DNA from: Eledone cirrhosa
Taxonomy: Eukaryota
DNA: 64,000 nt
Assembly: GCA_964016885.1 (NCBI GenBank)
Contig: OZ024744.1
Location: 65,968,001 to 66,032,000, forward strand
Direction of reading: 5' to 3'
In this document: piece by piece, positions 11,722 through 23,599 of the stretch
Position numbering within the stretch: position 1 is the stretch's first letter
How the letters are laid out: each line of letters begins with the position of its first letter
Translations under genes and position numbers: made by a program
The notes under the pieces: generated by a model
The model's input: the letters and a program-made list of their open reading frames with translations, nothing else
Database searches by the model: none
What the model was told of the DNA's origin: nothing

Positions 11722-14400
11722 TACAGTTGGATGCCCTTCCTAACACCAACCACATTTACAGTGTGGGTCTGGGAGGTTTTTACCGTGTTGCCTACACGGC
11801 CACATTACAGCGTGGACTGTGTGTTTTTTTGTCGTGACACCTACACGATCTCATTTGTTTCGGCCTGGATGGCGCGGCACCAACATAACTTTACATAGAA
11901 CGGGGTGGTGTGGATGGGGTGGGGGTGGCGGCGGGAGGGGTGTATTTTGTTAGATATGCCTACTGGCAAGGCGGGTCTTCTCTGTTACTGAGTACCGCCA
12001 AAGGTCACGGTCCAGTGACATTGTCTTGGAGAGGTGTAAGTGTGTGAGGTCGGAGTTTATCAGCTCATCCCATGTTTTTCTAGGTCTGCCTATTCCGTGG
12101 CTACCGTCTATCTTTATTGCCCTGCACTTTGTAATACAGCTATCGACTTTCATGCGCATCACGTGTCCATACCAACGCAGCCTTCTCTCGAGTAAACAAC
12201 ATCTGATCCCTCTTATCTCTAATTTTTTCCTTAGTTCGTTTATGCTTTGCCGTTCACGTATATTACTGTTACACATCCAGCGGAGCATGCAAGCTTCGTT
12301 CCTCTCTAGTCTGCGTATATCCTCTTCACACAATGCCCAGGTCTCACTACCATGCAACATTGCTGTTCGTATGCAGGCATCGTACAACCTGCCTTTCATT
12401 TTTAGGGAGAACCCTTTAGCAGCTAATAGTGGTATAAGCTCTCTGAACTTTTTCCAACCAGTTCTGACTCTAGCTACAGTACTTTCAGAGCACCCTCCCC
12501 CACTGCTGATTTTATCGCCCAGGTAACGGAAGCTGTCCACTATTTCTATAGAACCCTCTGCGCAATTGAAAGAGCTAGTATTTTGTGGGCACTTGCTGCT
12601 ACTTATTGCACCAGAACACCGGCCACATGTAAAGTCTATGTTCTTAGTTAGCTTACCTGTGATCCCACTACATCTTTTATGCACCCATACTTTGCATTTA
12701 GGACATAAGATGGAGTTTCTACCTACGCCTTTCCTACATACCGAGCACGACCATTTCCCAGAAGGGACCGCCGCCTTGTTTTCTTTCCTACAAACTAGAA
12801 CTTTGGTCTTAGCCAGGTTAATTTTAAGTCCTTTTGACTCTAGGCCGTGCTTCCATGTTTGGAATTTCTTCTCTAGCTCGGCCATTGATTCCGCTATGAG
12901 TGTCAGGTCGTCTGCGTATAGGAGTTCCCATGGGCAGCCTGTCTTGAACTCCTCTGTTATAGCCTGAAGGGCAATAATAAATAGTAGGGGGCTGAGAACA
13001 GAGCCCTGATGGACGCCAACTTTTACGCTAAACTCTTCACTATATTCGTTGTTAATTCTAACCTTGCTGACTGTTTCTTTATACATGGCTTGTATAGCCC
13101 TCACAAGCCATTCGTCAACGCCTAGTTTTCTAAGAGCCCACCAGATAATGGAGCGGGGGACTCTGTCGAAGGCTTTCTCCAGGTCGACAAAAGCTAAGTG
13201 GAGGGGTTTACCTTTAGCTAGGTACTTCTCCTGTAGTTGTCGTACTATGAAAAGAGCGTCTGTGGTGCTTTTGCCTGACACAAACCCGAACTGCATTTCA
13301 TCTAGATCAATTCTCTCTCTGATTAGTTGCGCTATTACTTTTTCCGTGACCTTCATGACCTGGTCGATTAATTTAATGCCTCTATAGTTACTCCTATCTA
13401 GGGCGTCTCCTTTACCCTTATAACAGTTAACGATGATGCTGCTATGCCAGTCCTTCGGAACAACCCCATTCTGTACGACTTGGTTAACTATGCGGGTGAC
13501 CATGGTGTGTCCCACCGTGCCAGATGCCTTCAGCATCTCAGCAACTATTTCCGAAGGCCCAGCCGCCTTACCAGTCTTCATATCCTTGATTGCCTTACTT
13601 ATTATACTCCCCTCGACTAACACTGCTGGTCCCTCTATCGGGTCGATATGGGGGAGACTGTCTTTCTCCCATTTATTCTCCTCATTTAGTAGCCTTTCAT
13701 AGTGACACTTCCAAGCTACCTTCTTATCAGTGTCGGTGATGGCAAGTATGCCATCATCGTTAAGTACACACTTCTCCCCGACAATATCACGGTTTTCCTT
13801 GACGCATTGCCTGGCAATCCTGAACACCTCACGTTTTTGGTCATCGCGTTGTAGAACATGCTTGAACTTTCTTTCCTCAGCTTCCCTTCTTGCTAAGTAC
13901 ACTTCTCTCCTAGCTTCCCTCCTGGCCACTTGATAGTCTACTCTACTTCCCCCATCCCGCCATACTTTCCAAGCCTGCTTTTTGGCCTTAATTGACCCCT
14001 CCACCTTACTGTTCCACCACCATGTTACTCTCCTCCTGCCTACAGGCCTGCTCCAGCCACAGACTTCGTCTGTCGCCAACAGCAGGTTAGCTTTCAGAAA
14101 TTTCCACTGTCCCTCTATATTGTCCGATTCTAGATGCTCTTCCTTACTGTCGAAAGCATCAAGTAATATGCTTTGAAATTTATTTCTGGCTGTGGGGTCT
14201 TTTAGTTTCCATATTTTCCTCCTGAGGATAGTCCTCTTCTGCTGTCGGGTGCGTCTCGTCCTGACTATGAGGTCGCTAATTATCAGTCTATGTTGGGAGG
14301 TGCATTCTTCATGGGGGAGGGATTTAGTGTTTACAACAGACACTCTGTCACGTCTTCTGGTAAGGATATAATCTACCTGGCTTGTGTGTTCCCCGGATCT
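11722..14400 (-). mobile_element. 5'-truncated RTE-clade LINE
   Basis: Starts at the APE C-terminus (SQVDYIL..HRLI), includes RT; 3' UTR runs into the gap; 5' junction in (TA)n. Confidence 0.92.
11950..14343 (-). CDS. RTE LINE ORF: APE end, reverse transcriptase and PHD-like zinc finger (5'-truncated, frame open upstream to ~14400)
   Basis: NYRGIKL, QFGF, FVDLEKAFD, GVHQGSVLSPLLF, LLYADD, FRYLG, RRLRWYGHV, GRPRKTW. Confidence 0.92.
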   Translation of the reverse strand: MSVVNTKSLPHEECTSQHRLIISDLIVRTRRTRQQKRTILRRKIWKLKDPTARNKFQSILLDAFDSKEEHLESDNIEGQWKFLKANLLLATDEVCGWSRPVGRRRVTWWWNSKVEGSIKAKKQAWKVWRDGGSRVDYQVARREARREVYLARREAEERKFKHVLQRDDQKREVFRIARQCVKENRDIVGEKCVLNDDGILAITDTDKKVAWKCHYERLLNEENKWEKDSLPHIDPIEGPAVLVEGSIISKAIKDMKTGKAAGPSEIVAEMLKASGTVGHTMVTRIVNQVVQNGVVPKDWHSSIIVNCYKGKGDALDRSNYRGIKLIDQVMKVTEKVIAQLIRERIDLDEMQFGFVSGKSTTDALFIVRQLQEKYLAKGKPLHLAFVDLEKAFDRVPRSIIWWALRKLGVDEWLVRAIQAMYKETVSKVRINNEYSEEFSVKVGVHQGSVLSPLLFIIALQAITEEFKTGCPWELLYADDLTLIAESMAELEKKFQTWKHGLESKGLKINLAKTKVLVCRKENKAAVPSGKWSCSVCRKGVGRNSILCPKCKVWVHKRCSGITGKLTKNIDFTCGRCSGAISSSKCPQNTSSFNCAEGSIEIVDSFRYLGDKISSGGGCSESTVARVRTGWKKFRELIPLLAAKGFSLKMKGRLYDACIRTAMLHGSETWALCEEDIRRLERNEACMLRWMCNSNIRERQSINELRKKLEIRGIRCCLLERRLRWYGHVMRMKVDSCITKCRAIKIDGSHGIGRPRKTWDELINSDLTHLHLSKTMSLDRDLWRYSVTEKTRLASRHI

Positions 14401-14499
14401 ATAATATATATATATATATAATATATATATATATATAATATATATATATATGATATATAATATATATATATATAATATATATATATATATAATATATAT

Positions 14500-14836
14500 A
14501 TCATCATTTCATTTTACGTCCGCTTTTCCCTGCTTGCAAGGGTGGGACGGGAACTGATTCTGGCTTGATTTCTACAGCTGGATGCCCTTCCTAACACCAA
14601 CCTCATTTACAGTGAGTGCTGGGTGTTTTTTGCCGTGGCACCTCCACGACCACTTTGCAGTGGAATGATAGAGACCCCAGTCCCTATCATCTCATTTCTA
14701 CAGCTGAGTAAACTGGAGCAATGTGAAATAAAGTCTCTTGCTCAAGGAAACAACACATCACCCGGTCTGAGAATTGAACTCACAACCTTTCGATTGCAAG
14801 GCCAATGCTCTAACCACTAAGCCATGTGCCTCCATA
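14500..14836 (-). mobile_element. tRNA-derived SINE with RTE-like 3' tail
   Basis: Minus head GGAGGCACATGGCTTAGTGGTTAGAGC..GAGTTCAATTC; tail GTTGGTGTTAGGAAGGGCATCCAGCTGTAG shared with the LINE 3' UTR at 11722-11750. Confidence 0.8.
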
Positions 14837-14991
14837 TAATATATATATATAATATATATATATGATATATAATATATATATATATATATATAATATATAT
14901 ATATATATAATATATATATATATATAATATATATATATATAATATATAATATATATATATAATATATAATATATATATATAATATATATAA

Positions 14992-15183
14992 GAACGAGTA
15001 GGATCCCGACGGCTGAGCTCAAGCCGTTTCGACGGCTAATTCTGGAACTCCAGAATTAGTCATCGAAACGTCTTGAGCTCAGCCGTCGGGATCCTACTCG
15101 TTCCTATTACCCACTCTGCTACCCTAAGTATTGAGTACTTTGATGCGTTATGGTCCATCTGGTTCCTTACCATATTTCCTTCG

Positions 15184-15185
<2 letters not shown>
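14992..15185. mobile_element. Fold-back HHR-half element, family B copy 1
   Basis: Inverted arms around ~15048 carrying GAAACGGCTTGAGCTCAGCCGTC (left arm; one mismatch in right arm); tail to 15185; in (TA)n. Confidence 0.75.
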
Positions 15186-15276
<91 letters not shown>

Positions 15277-15771
15277 TTTATATATATAAATAAATATATA
15301 TGTAATATATATATATATAATATATATATGTAATATATATATGTAATATATATATATAATATATATATGTAATATATATATGTAATATATATATATAATA
15401 TATATATAATATATATATATAATATATATATATAATATATATATAATATATATATATAATATATATATAATATATATATATAATATATATATATAATATA
15501 TATATAATATATATATATAATATATATATAATATATATATAATATATATATATAATATATATATATAATATATAATATATATATAAATATATATATATAA
15601 TATATATATATAATATATATATGTAATATATATATATAATATATATATATAATATATATATAATATATATATGTAATATATATATAATATATATAATATA
15701 TATATATAATATATATATATATATATAATATATATATATAATATATATAAATATATATATATAATATATAT

Positions 15772-15836
<65 letters not shown>
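15186..15836. repeat. Imperfect (TA)n microsatellite
   Basis: Direct inspection. Confidence 0.95.
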
Positions 15837-16131
15837 GTCTTCTTTTCGGGTTATAGCTACTGTCGCTCAGAGAGTGGGATTGGCTCAGAGCACAGTGTTT
15901 CCCAACTTAAAAAAAACCCTTAACGCACAGGCATTGCATGATAGAATTAATTACTAATTATTATTCATGTTATATCATGCAAAGGCCATACTCGATAACG
16001 TGGGGGCAGCCATCATGTATGTATGTATGTATGTATGTATGTATGTATGTATGTATGTATGTATGTATGTATGTATGTATGTATGTATTGATAGATTGAC
16101 GCATGCACGCATTTACGTGTACATGTACATA

Positions 16132-16328
16132 CAGACCTGCCAACTTCTAAATATTCAAACGGGGAGAACCATGAAAAAAAAAGTGCCCCAAAACGGAGAG
16201 AAATGAGGCAAAATGGGGAGATTTTACACAATGAAAGCTATATCTATTTTCACAAGAGAAGACATCTCTCACCCACTTCAATGTGGGTGGGAGACCTTCC
16301 CGACGAGCGGGAACAGTTGGCAGGTCTG
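16132..16328 (+). mobile_element. hAT-like MITE
   Basis: TIR CAGACCTGCCAAC / GTTGGCAGGTCTG; 8-bp TSD TGTACATA/TGTATATA; three more copies in the window. Confidence 0.8.
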
Positions 16329-16364
16329 TGTATATATGTTTGCAAGCGTATATATATATATATA

Positions 16365-17380
16365 TGCAGGGGTTATATTTAATTTGTTGGGATTCAACAA
16401 GCTTAAACATTTTTATAACTAAAAAGACGACCTTAACGGTTGGAGCTTCCTGGATAGTGGAGATAATATTTTATTGAGGGTAATACAAAGTTATGAGTGA
16501 GTATGCAATTGAGTGTCCGAAAAGTTGAAAAGATAACGGTTTATTTAAATTAAACTGTTGGAAGAAGAGGATATGTAAGGGAGAGAGAAAGGGAAAAGAA
16601 AAAGAAAAGGAAGGAGAAAGAGAGAAGAGGAAAGAAAAAACGATTATACATAGTGATAGTGAAGATAGTCAAGAGTGAACGAAAAAATAAATATTAATGG
16701 AAGAATATAGAGCGTAAATATATCTAAGTGAAAGAAGAAATAAGATTAACGTAGAAGAAGAATATTTAGAATGTATGGTTCATTACGTTGTGATTATAAT
16801 ATTTATAATGATAAGTTGTGTATATGTAAATCTTTATATTTGATAATCTCCCATAAGGTTGAGATGCAATTTAGGCAATATTAGGCCGCGCTTTCTAGCA
16901 ACCAGCCCACTCGCCGTAAGGCACCAATCACATTCTTTCTGAATTGACCACTGCCACGTCACAGTTCTTAGCCATTTTGAATTCGTTTCTGGCGGGGATC
17001 ATTTAAGAAAAATCTTCGTCCAAGTAAGTTTGTTTCCTGATGATTTCGAAGCTCGTGAATTTATCCTTGATCAGATATTTCCAAAAGCGAATGAAACCCC
17101 TGGGGTAGAAACGCAATCTTGGTATGTTTATATACATTTTTACTTCTAACTTTGATTTTATACCTAATTGTGTATGGTTGACGATATATTTAATCGATTT
17201 CCACGTGCTATTGAAATGCTGGGTAAATATTCTATAGCTGTTGATCGCGAATAGATGGCTGTCGTTTATTTATCTATTATTTCTTCACATGTGCCTTTTA
17301 ATCTTATAGCCGGGTTTAATTGTTTTTTTGTGTAGTTCATTATGCTGATTGGGAAAGGAGATGGTGTATATATCTTATCA
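16365..17380 (-). mobile_element. Internally deleted family A pLTR plus adjoining element body
   Basis: 16365-16420 matches the family A tail (reverse complement of ~515-570); 16430-16457 CCTTAACGGTTGGAGCTTCCTGGATAG matches the fold-back centres. Confidence 0.5.
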
Positions 17381-17406
17381 AATGATTCTATGGACATACT
17401 TTATTG

Positions 17407-17457
<51 letters not shown>

Positions 17458-17459
<2 letters not shown>

Positions 17460-18569
17460 CGAAGGAACTGTGGTGAGGAACCAGATGGACCATAACGCAC
17501 CAAAGTACTTAGGGTAGTAGAGTGGGTAATAGGAACAAGTATGACCCCGACGGCAGAGCTCAAGCCGTTTCGACGGCTATTTCTTTTATCTTTTATTATC
17601 TTTTCCTCTGTTTCCTTCTTCCCCCCATCTCTTCCTGGTCCTTCCACCCCAGATCTCTTTCCTCGTCTTTTTTTCACCTTTCGCCTACCCCGATGCAGCC
17701 CATCGGTCCTCTGTAGCCTCAGTACCCCTCCCCCCTAATTTTAAGGGGAGGGGGTACTGAGATAGAATTGGCCGATTACGCTTTTTATAGCAGATGTGTT
17801 AGACCCCAGTAAATTTTTTTTCTTTCTGGTTGCTGTTCCATTTCTGTGGTTTCTAAATTTCTTAGTGGTATTTTTGTATTAGTATTTTTGTATTAGTATT
17901 TTTGTATTAATATTTTGTATTAGTATTTTTGTAGTAGTATTTTAGTATTTTTGTTCTCAACTTATTAACCTGTCAATGTAAGATAGCATTGGCTGATTAC
18001 TAACTATCTATAGCAGCGGTGTTAGATCCCCTGTAAAGCCGGCTTTATAAAATTCTTTCACTACAATCTCGTATTTAGTATTTTTCCCATTCTCCACCTA
18101 TTAAACTTTTCTATAGCTTAGCAATACCAATGAGAGATTTGGTAATTTTGGAAATGGAGTAGTAACCAGAAATTGTTTTTTATATATTTATTTCCTTATT
18201 TTTATAATGGTTTTTTTTTTACTCCCTTTCGATTTATCTATTCTTTCACCCCCCCCTCTTCTCCAGTACACTTTTTTCGACCTTCTATACACTATCCTTA
18301 GAATCTGGTGTATAGATTTCACTTTCAACGCTTGACTGGGTTTCCCCACTCCCTCTTTGTTCTACCGGCAAGTTCAGCCACCCCTACCTTCCCCCAAATG
18401 CCATGATAGATTCACCTGTCATTACAACAAATTTTTGACCAATCCTCTTGACAATTACTATCTTCCCATATAAGGAAGTACTCCCTGAGAAGTTCGGCTG
18501 TAAATTCTTATTTAGTCCAGAAATATCCGTCGAAACGGCTTGAGCTCTGCCGTCGGGGTCATACTTGTT

Positions 18570-18573
<4 letters not shown>
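17458..18573. mobile_element. Longer family B element with inverted pLTRs
   Basis: 17530-17576 inverted to 18527-18573; near-complete HHR 18480-18559 (core CTGAGAA degenerate); internal hairpin 17718-17761. Confidence 0.65.
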
Positions 18574-18625
<52 letters not shown>

Positions 18626-18667
18626 TAAGTCAAATATTTAAAATTTGGCTTCGTTTATTAAAGATGT

Positions 18668-18724
18668 ACTGCTATATATATATTTCGGTGACAGCCATCA
18701 TTGGCTGTGACCTCTTCAGGCAGT
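18668..18724 (-). ncRNA. Hammerhead ribozyme
   Basis: Minus strand ACTGC-CTGAAGA-ggtcacagcca.atga.tggctgtcacc-GAAA-TATATATA-TA-GCAGT; all three stems clear. Confidence 0.88.
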
Positions 18725-18961
18725 CCGAATTGGTGTGGTAGAGACAGGTACACATGTTGTTGAAGTGTTTTACTCCGTCAATACTCCGATATGTCCAGCT
18801 CCTGGTTGGGTTGTTATTTATCTGAGGAACTGGAATCATACTGAGGTGTCGGTAAACAACCAACATATACTCAACATTTATATATATATATATATATATA
18901 TTGTTATACTTTGGGATAAAGAATCTTGCTAAACAAATTCAGAAACGAAATATATATATAT

Positions 18962-21900
18962 TTGCCACTGGATGTAGTTTAATGTCATACCCATTGTCTT
19001 GGGTATGACATTAAACTACATCCAGTGGCAAGGCTCCAGTTCGGGAGTTCAGGAGATGTGGGGAATGTGGAGTTACCCCTTAATTGTCATGACTCCCAGG
19101 TCTGCCCTGGCCCGGGGTGGTAGTACCTGTTAGGGCTCCATTTATGGGTTAAATAACTACCTTATTCGAGTGGCGCCGGTAAGGTATTGTCAGCCATTGA
19201 AAAGAAATATGGAGAGTCGATCTAACAGCACTAGGGTTAGGGCCCCTAATTACGCTGTCATGGAGCAGCCTGGTCGTTATGACTCTGCTGGCTTAGAGCC
19301 ACAGAGAGGGCCAGTGGATGATGGATCAGCTGTCTCTGAGACAAATATAAAGAATGCAGTTTTGTCCTGCAGAAGAGCCATCAAAATGGGCACTTTGAAT
19401 GTGAGGACTATTCGAACGCTGGAGAAGAGAGAGGAGTTGGGACATCTGTTCGAGGAGAGTGGTATACAGATACTTGCGATCCAAGAACACAGGATTCTAC
19501 ACGATGAGCCCGTGAGGAGTGTGATGATCGGGAGGAAGAGCCAGCTCATCACTACATCGGCAGTGAAGAACACAACAAATGCTGCAGTAGGAGGAGTGGG
19601 TTTTGTGTTCAGTGCAAACACCAATCTGTTGGTGAGGGAAATAATGCCTATCTCCCCGCGAGTGTTGAGGGTGACCTTCAATGGAAACCCAAGACTGACA
19701 GTCATCTCAGCCTATAGTCCAACCGAGGGGGACAGTGATGTGAATGCCGAGGAGTTCCATGAGGAGGTGTGTAGAGCTGTCAACACCACTCAGGCACACA
19801 ATATCCTGCTTGTTTTGGGGGACTTCAATGCACATCTGAGTAAGGAGGGCAGTGAAGATCCTTGCTGGTACTTCCATAACAACACCAACCGAAATGGAAG
19901 ACTACTGAGAGACACCCTCCTGGAGGCGAACTTGATGGCGACCAACCTAGGGTTTGGGAAGAATCTGGGGAAGATGTGGACCTACATCTCAGATATGCAC
20001 CTGTCCAAGTCCCAGATTGATTTCATTCTGGTGAGGAAAAAGTGGCGGAATAGTGTTCTGAACACGGAACCATACAGCTATTTCAGTACACTGGGTAGTG
20101 ACCACCGGCTTGTTATGAGTGAGGTCCGCGTGAGCTTAAGAAAGAGCAAGGCTCAGCCCCGGAGAACAATCTATGACTGGGGAGCTTTCAAGGAAGATGA
20201 TAAGCTACAGGAGAGGTTCACAGTGGCAGTGAGAAACAGGTTTAGTGCTCTGTGTGGAGAGTCAGAGGAGAGAGAGATTGGATGGACTGAGGAGAGTGTG
20301 ACGAGGAGGTACGGGCACTTCACCAATGCAGTGGCGAAAGCAAGTGAAACCCTGGTGCCGAGGAAAAAGAACAAAGGGAAGCACGTCAGCTCTGCAAACC
20401 CAAAAGTGTGTGCAGCCAGAGAACACCTGAAAGCTGCCAGGGACCAATTCTATGCTGATCCTACGGAGGAGAGGATGGAGACTGTGGAGGTGATGAGGGA
20501 GGAGCTCTGTACCGCTTACACTGAGGTCAGAGAGGAGGCACTGATAGAGAAGATCAGAAGTGTGGAGAGAGCGGTTGACAGATCTGGATGTAAGCAGAGC
20601 TGGATGATCATCGGCGAGATCACAGGGAGGAAGAAAAGGTGTTCGAGTCAGATCCAGGGAACGGGGCCCGAGGATAGGAAGAGGAAATGGCTAGACCATT
20701 TTAGGACCCTACTAGGAGAGCCACCCTCCACAGCCCAGAGCACTGGGGAGATCAGGCGGCTGTTTGAGGAACTGGATGTTGAGACAGAGCCCTTCACCAG
20801 AGAGGAGCTTCAGAGAGCCAAGAAGAAGATCAAGGAGGGCAAGGCTCATGGAGAAGATGGAGTGGCATCAGAGGTGATGAAGAGGTGTGATTTTGATGAT
20901 ATCATCCTGGGGTTCTGTAACGGGGCACTGGAGAAAGGAGTTGCCCCGAATCAGTGGAGGATCAGTAACATCGTCCCAGTGCCAAAGAAGGGAGATCTCT
21001 CTAACACCAACAACTACCGGGGGATCTCACTGACGTCACTTGTGGCAAAGACCCTCAACAGGATGATTCTTAACAGGATCCAGCCTGAGATGGAGAAGAA
21101 GCTCAGGGACAACAGAACGGCTTCAGAGAGGGTAGATCAACCACCAGTCACATCCTTATGCTGAGGAGGATATTAGAGGGAGCTAGAGCAAAGTGCCTTC
21201 CTGCGGTCATGGTTTTCATTGACTTTAGGAAGGCCTTTGATTCTGTGGACCGTTACTGCCTGATGAAGATCTTACAGGCTTATGGAATCCCCAAGAGGAT
21301 AGTGGACCTGATATCACTGCTCTACACCAACACCAAAGCCCAAGTCATTACACCTGATGGGATGACAGAGTTCTTTGAGATACTGGCTGGAGTGCTCCAG
21401 GGAGATACATTGGCTCCCTACCTTTTTATCATCGTAGTGGACTATTGTATGCGCCTTGCACTGGAGAAACACCAGGACACTGGCTTTACTGTAGCACCGG
21501 CTCAGAGCAGGAGAGTTGGGGCGAAAAAGGTATCGGATGCTGAATTTGCCGACGACATAGTTTTGGTGACAAATACAGTGAAGGAGGCAGAGGATTTGAT
21601 GCGGGATGTTGAGACTGTGTCGATGAGTGTGGGGCTGAGAATGAATGAGACTAAAACAAAATATCTGGTGGAGAATGTTGAGAAGCCAGAGGGGATCACT
21701 AATGTAGGCGGGAAGCCGCTGGAATTGGTTGAGGACTTCCTGTATTTGGGAGCAAAGATTGGGAATACGGAAGATGATGTGGTTGAGAGGAAGAGCAAGG
21801 CCTGGGCGGCGTGTCACAGCTTGAGATCGGTGTGGAAGTCGGACCTTTGTAGAGACCTGAAAATCCGCCTCTTCATTGCTGTAGTGGAGTCTGTGCTGCT

Positions 21901-22301
21901 GTATGGGTCTGACACTTGGACACTGACCAAGAGACTCACTCAGATGGTGGATGGGTGCTACACGAGAATGCTGAGGATGGCTCTGAACATTAATCAGTAT
22001 ACACTGAGGATGAAAAACTCAGAGCTGTATGGGAGCATCCCAAAAGTCAGCTCAAAAGTGACACAGAGGAGACTGAGGTTGGCTGGACATGCTCACCGAC
22101 ATCCAGAGTTGACATTGCACTCAGTGCTCCTTTGGGAGCCCCTACATGGACACACTAGAAGAGGAAGACCAAGGTTAACATATGTTGATGCCCTAAGGAC
22201 AGACACTGGTCTGTTGGAGATGCAGGATATGGCAGCGATAATGAGGGACAGAGACCGCTGGAGAGAACTCGTCCATGGATCTCGGGAATTTTACCCGCCT
22301 T

Positions 22302-22303
<2 letters not shown>
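18962..22303 (+). mobile_element. Apparently full-length RTE-clade LINE
   Basis: 5' UTR with terminal hairpin, APE plus RT frame, stop codon directly followed by (TA)n; TA-rich 5' flank. Confidence 0.93.
19170..22303 (+). pseudogene. RTE ORF (APE endonuclease plus RT) with one frameshift at ~21113
   Basis: GTLNVRT, AIQEHR, SAYSPT, LGDFNA, QIDFIL, SDHRL, NYRGISL; one added base restores DNQNGFREGRSTTSHI; FIDFRKAFD, GVLQGD, FADD, FLYLG. Confidence 0.93.
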
Positions 22304-22339
<36 letters not shown>

Positions 22340-23599
22340 TTTGAGTATATGTTGGTTGTTTACCGACACCTCAATATACATATATATTAATATATATATG
22401 TATTAATATAATGCATCAATTGTATTTGGTGACTATTTTAATGAATAATTTGCTTCTAGTTTAATTATTATTTTTAGCACGGTAGGATTTTGTATACATG
22501 CCTTTTTGGAATATTCTTTCTAGGGGGTTACGATACATAGCCTTTTGTATTGCTTTTATAATAAATTACTCTATTTTGAGCTGTGTTTAACTTCTCCACC
22601 TATCTTTATAATTTTTTATATTGTTTTTGCAAAAAACGATATTTATTTCTTATATATATATGCATTTATATATATGTATACATACAGTCATAAGTGCAAT
22701 ATGGCGCCATTAACATCAGAAGTGCAAGTATAGTAGACTGACTAAACTAAAATGTTTCGATAGTTTTCCTCTACAATTAAGTAAACTAACCTCAACCCAG
22801 ATCAGTAAAAGGTTTTTTTTCTACTATTATAAATAACTCGCTAACTGAACGTTATTTAGACTAGATTGCAAAATACATTCTGCACTACATGGAACTTCAC
22901 ATTTCTGACCATAAGTGACATTATTGACAACAGTATTACCGTTAATGAATATTAACAGTGACCTTTACCAAAGGAATGAATGTGTGTGTATGGTGCGGTA
23001 AATAAACATATACATATATACTCCAGGTCCAAACATTGTTTATTTATACATAATATATTTCGTGAGAAATATGGTCATTAAATGGTTAGAAAGACGCTTG
23101 TTCTCTTCTCATTTTACTTGGTCTTGCATTTAATAAATTGAGATTTACTTCAGCGCTAAAAAAATTACATATACACACACACACATATATATATATATAC
23201 ACATATACAGGCATATATACACATGCTATTTAATACTCGAGCAACGCTTGTCGGTTATAAAATACTGAGACATTGATAAAGTCCGATGAAAGAGTAAACA
23301 ACGCTCCGCCGCCACCCCCACCCCTCCATCATCGCCACCATTCAACTGTCATATATTTCCGTATTTGACTGTTCAGACAGAAATGATGACTTTAGAATAT
23401 ATACAACGTGGAAAAAACAACAACAATGGTATGATGGCAGATGGAACTGGGGTAAAAAGTATGTCAAAACAAAATAATGTCTTTATCCCATATATTTAAT
23501 CATAATATTTCAAAGTAAAGATTAACTTTTAAAAAGATGGACAATGAACGCACAAACGCGGTTGTGGTGCCGGTGCTGACGAGTTCGGCCTGCAACCCT

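Noticed and set aside
12026-14176. Plus-strand ORFs opposite the RTE
   Set aside because: Antisense shadows of the LINE ORF
14760-14836. tRNA-like sequences (also near 57920-57990 and 63160-63225)
   Set aside because: SINE heads continuing into SINE bodies, no complete cloverleaf
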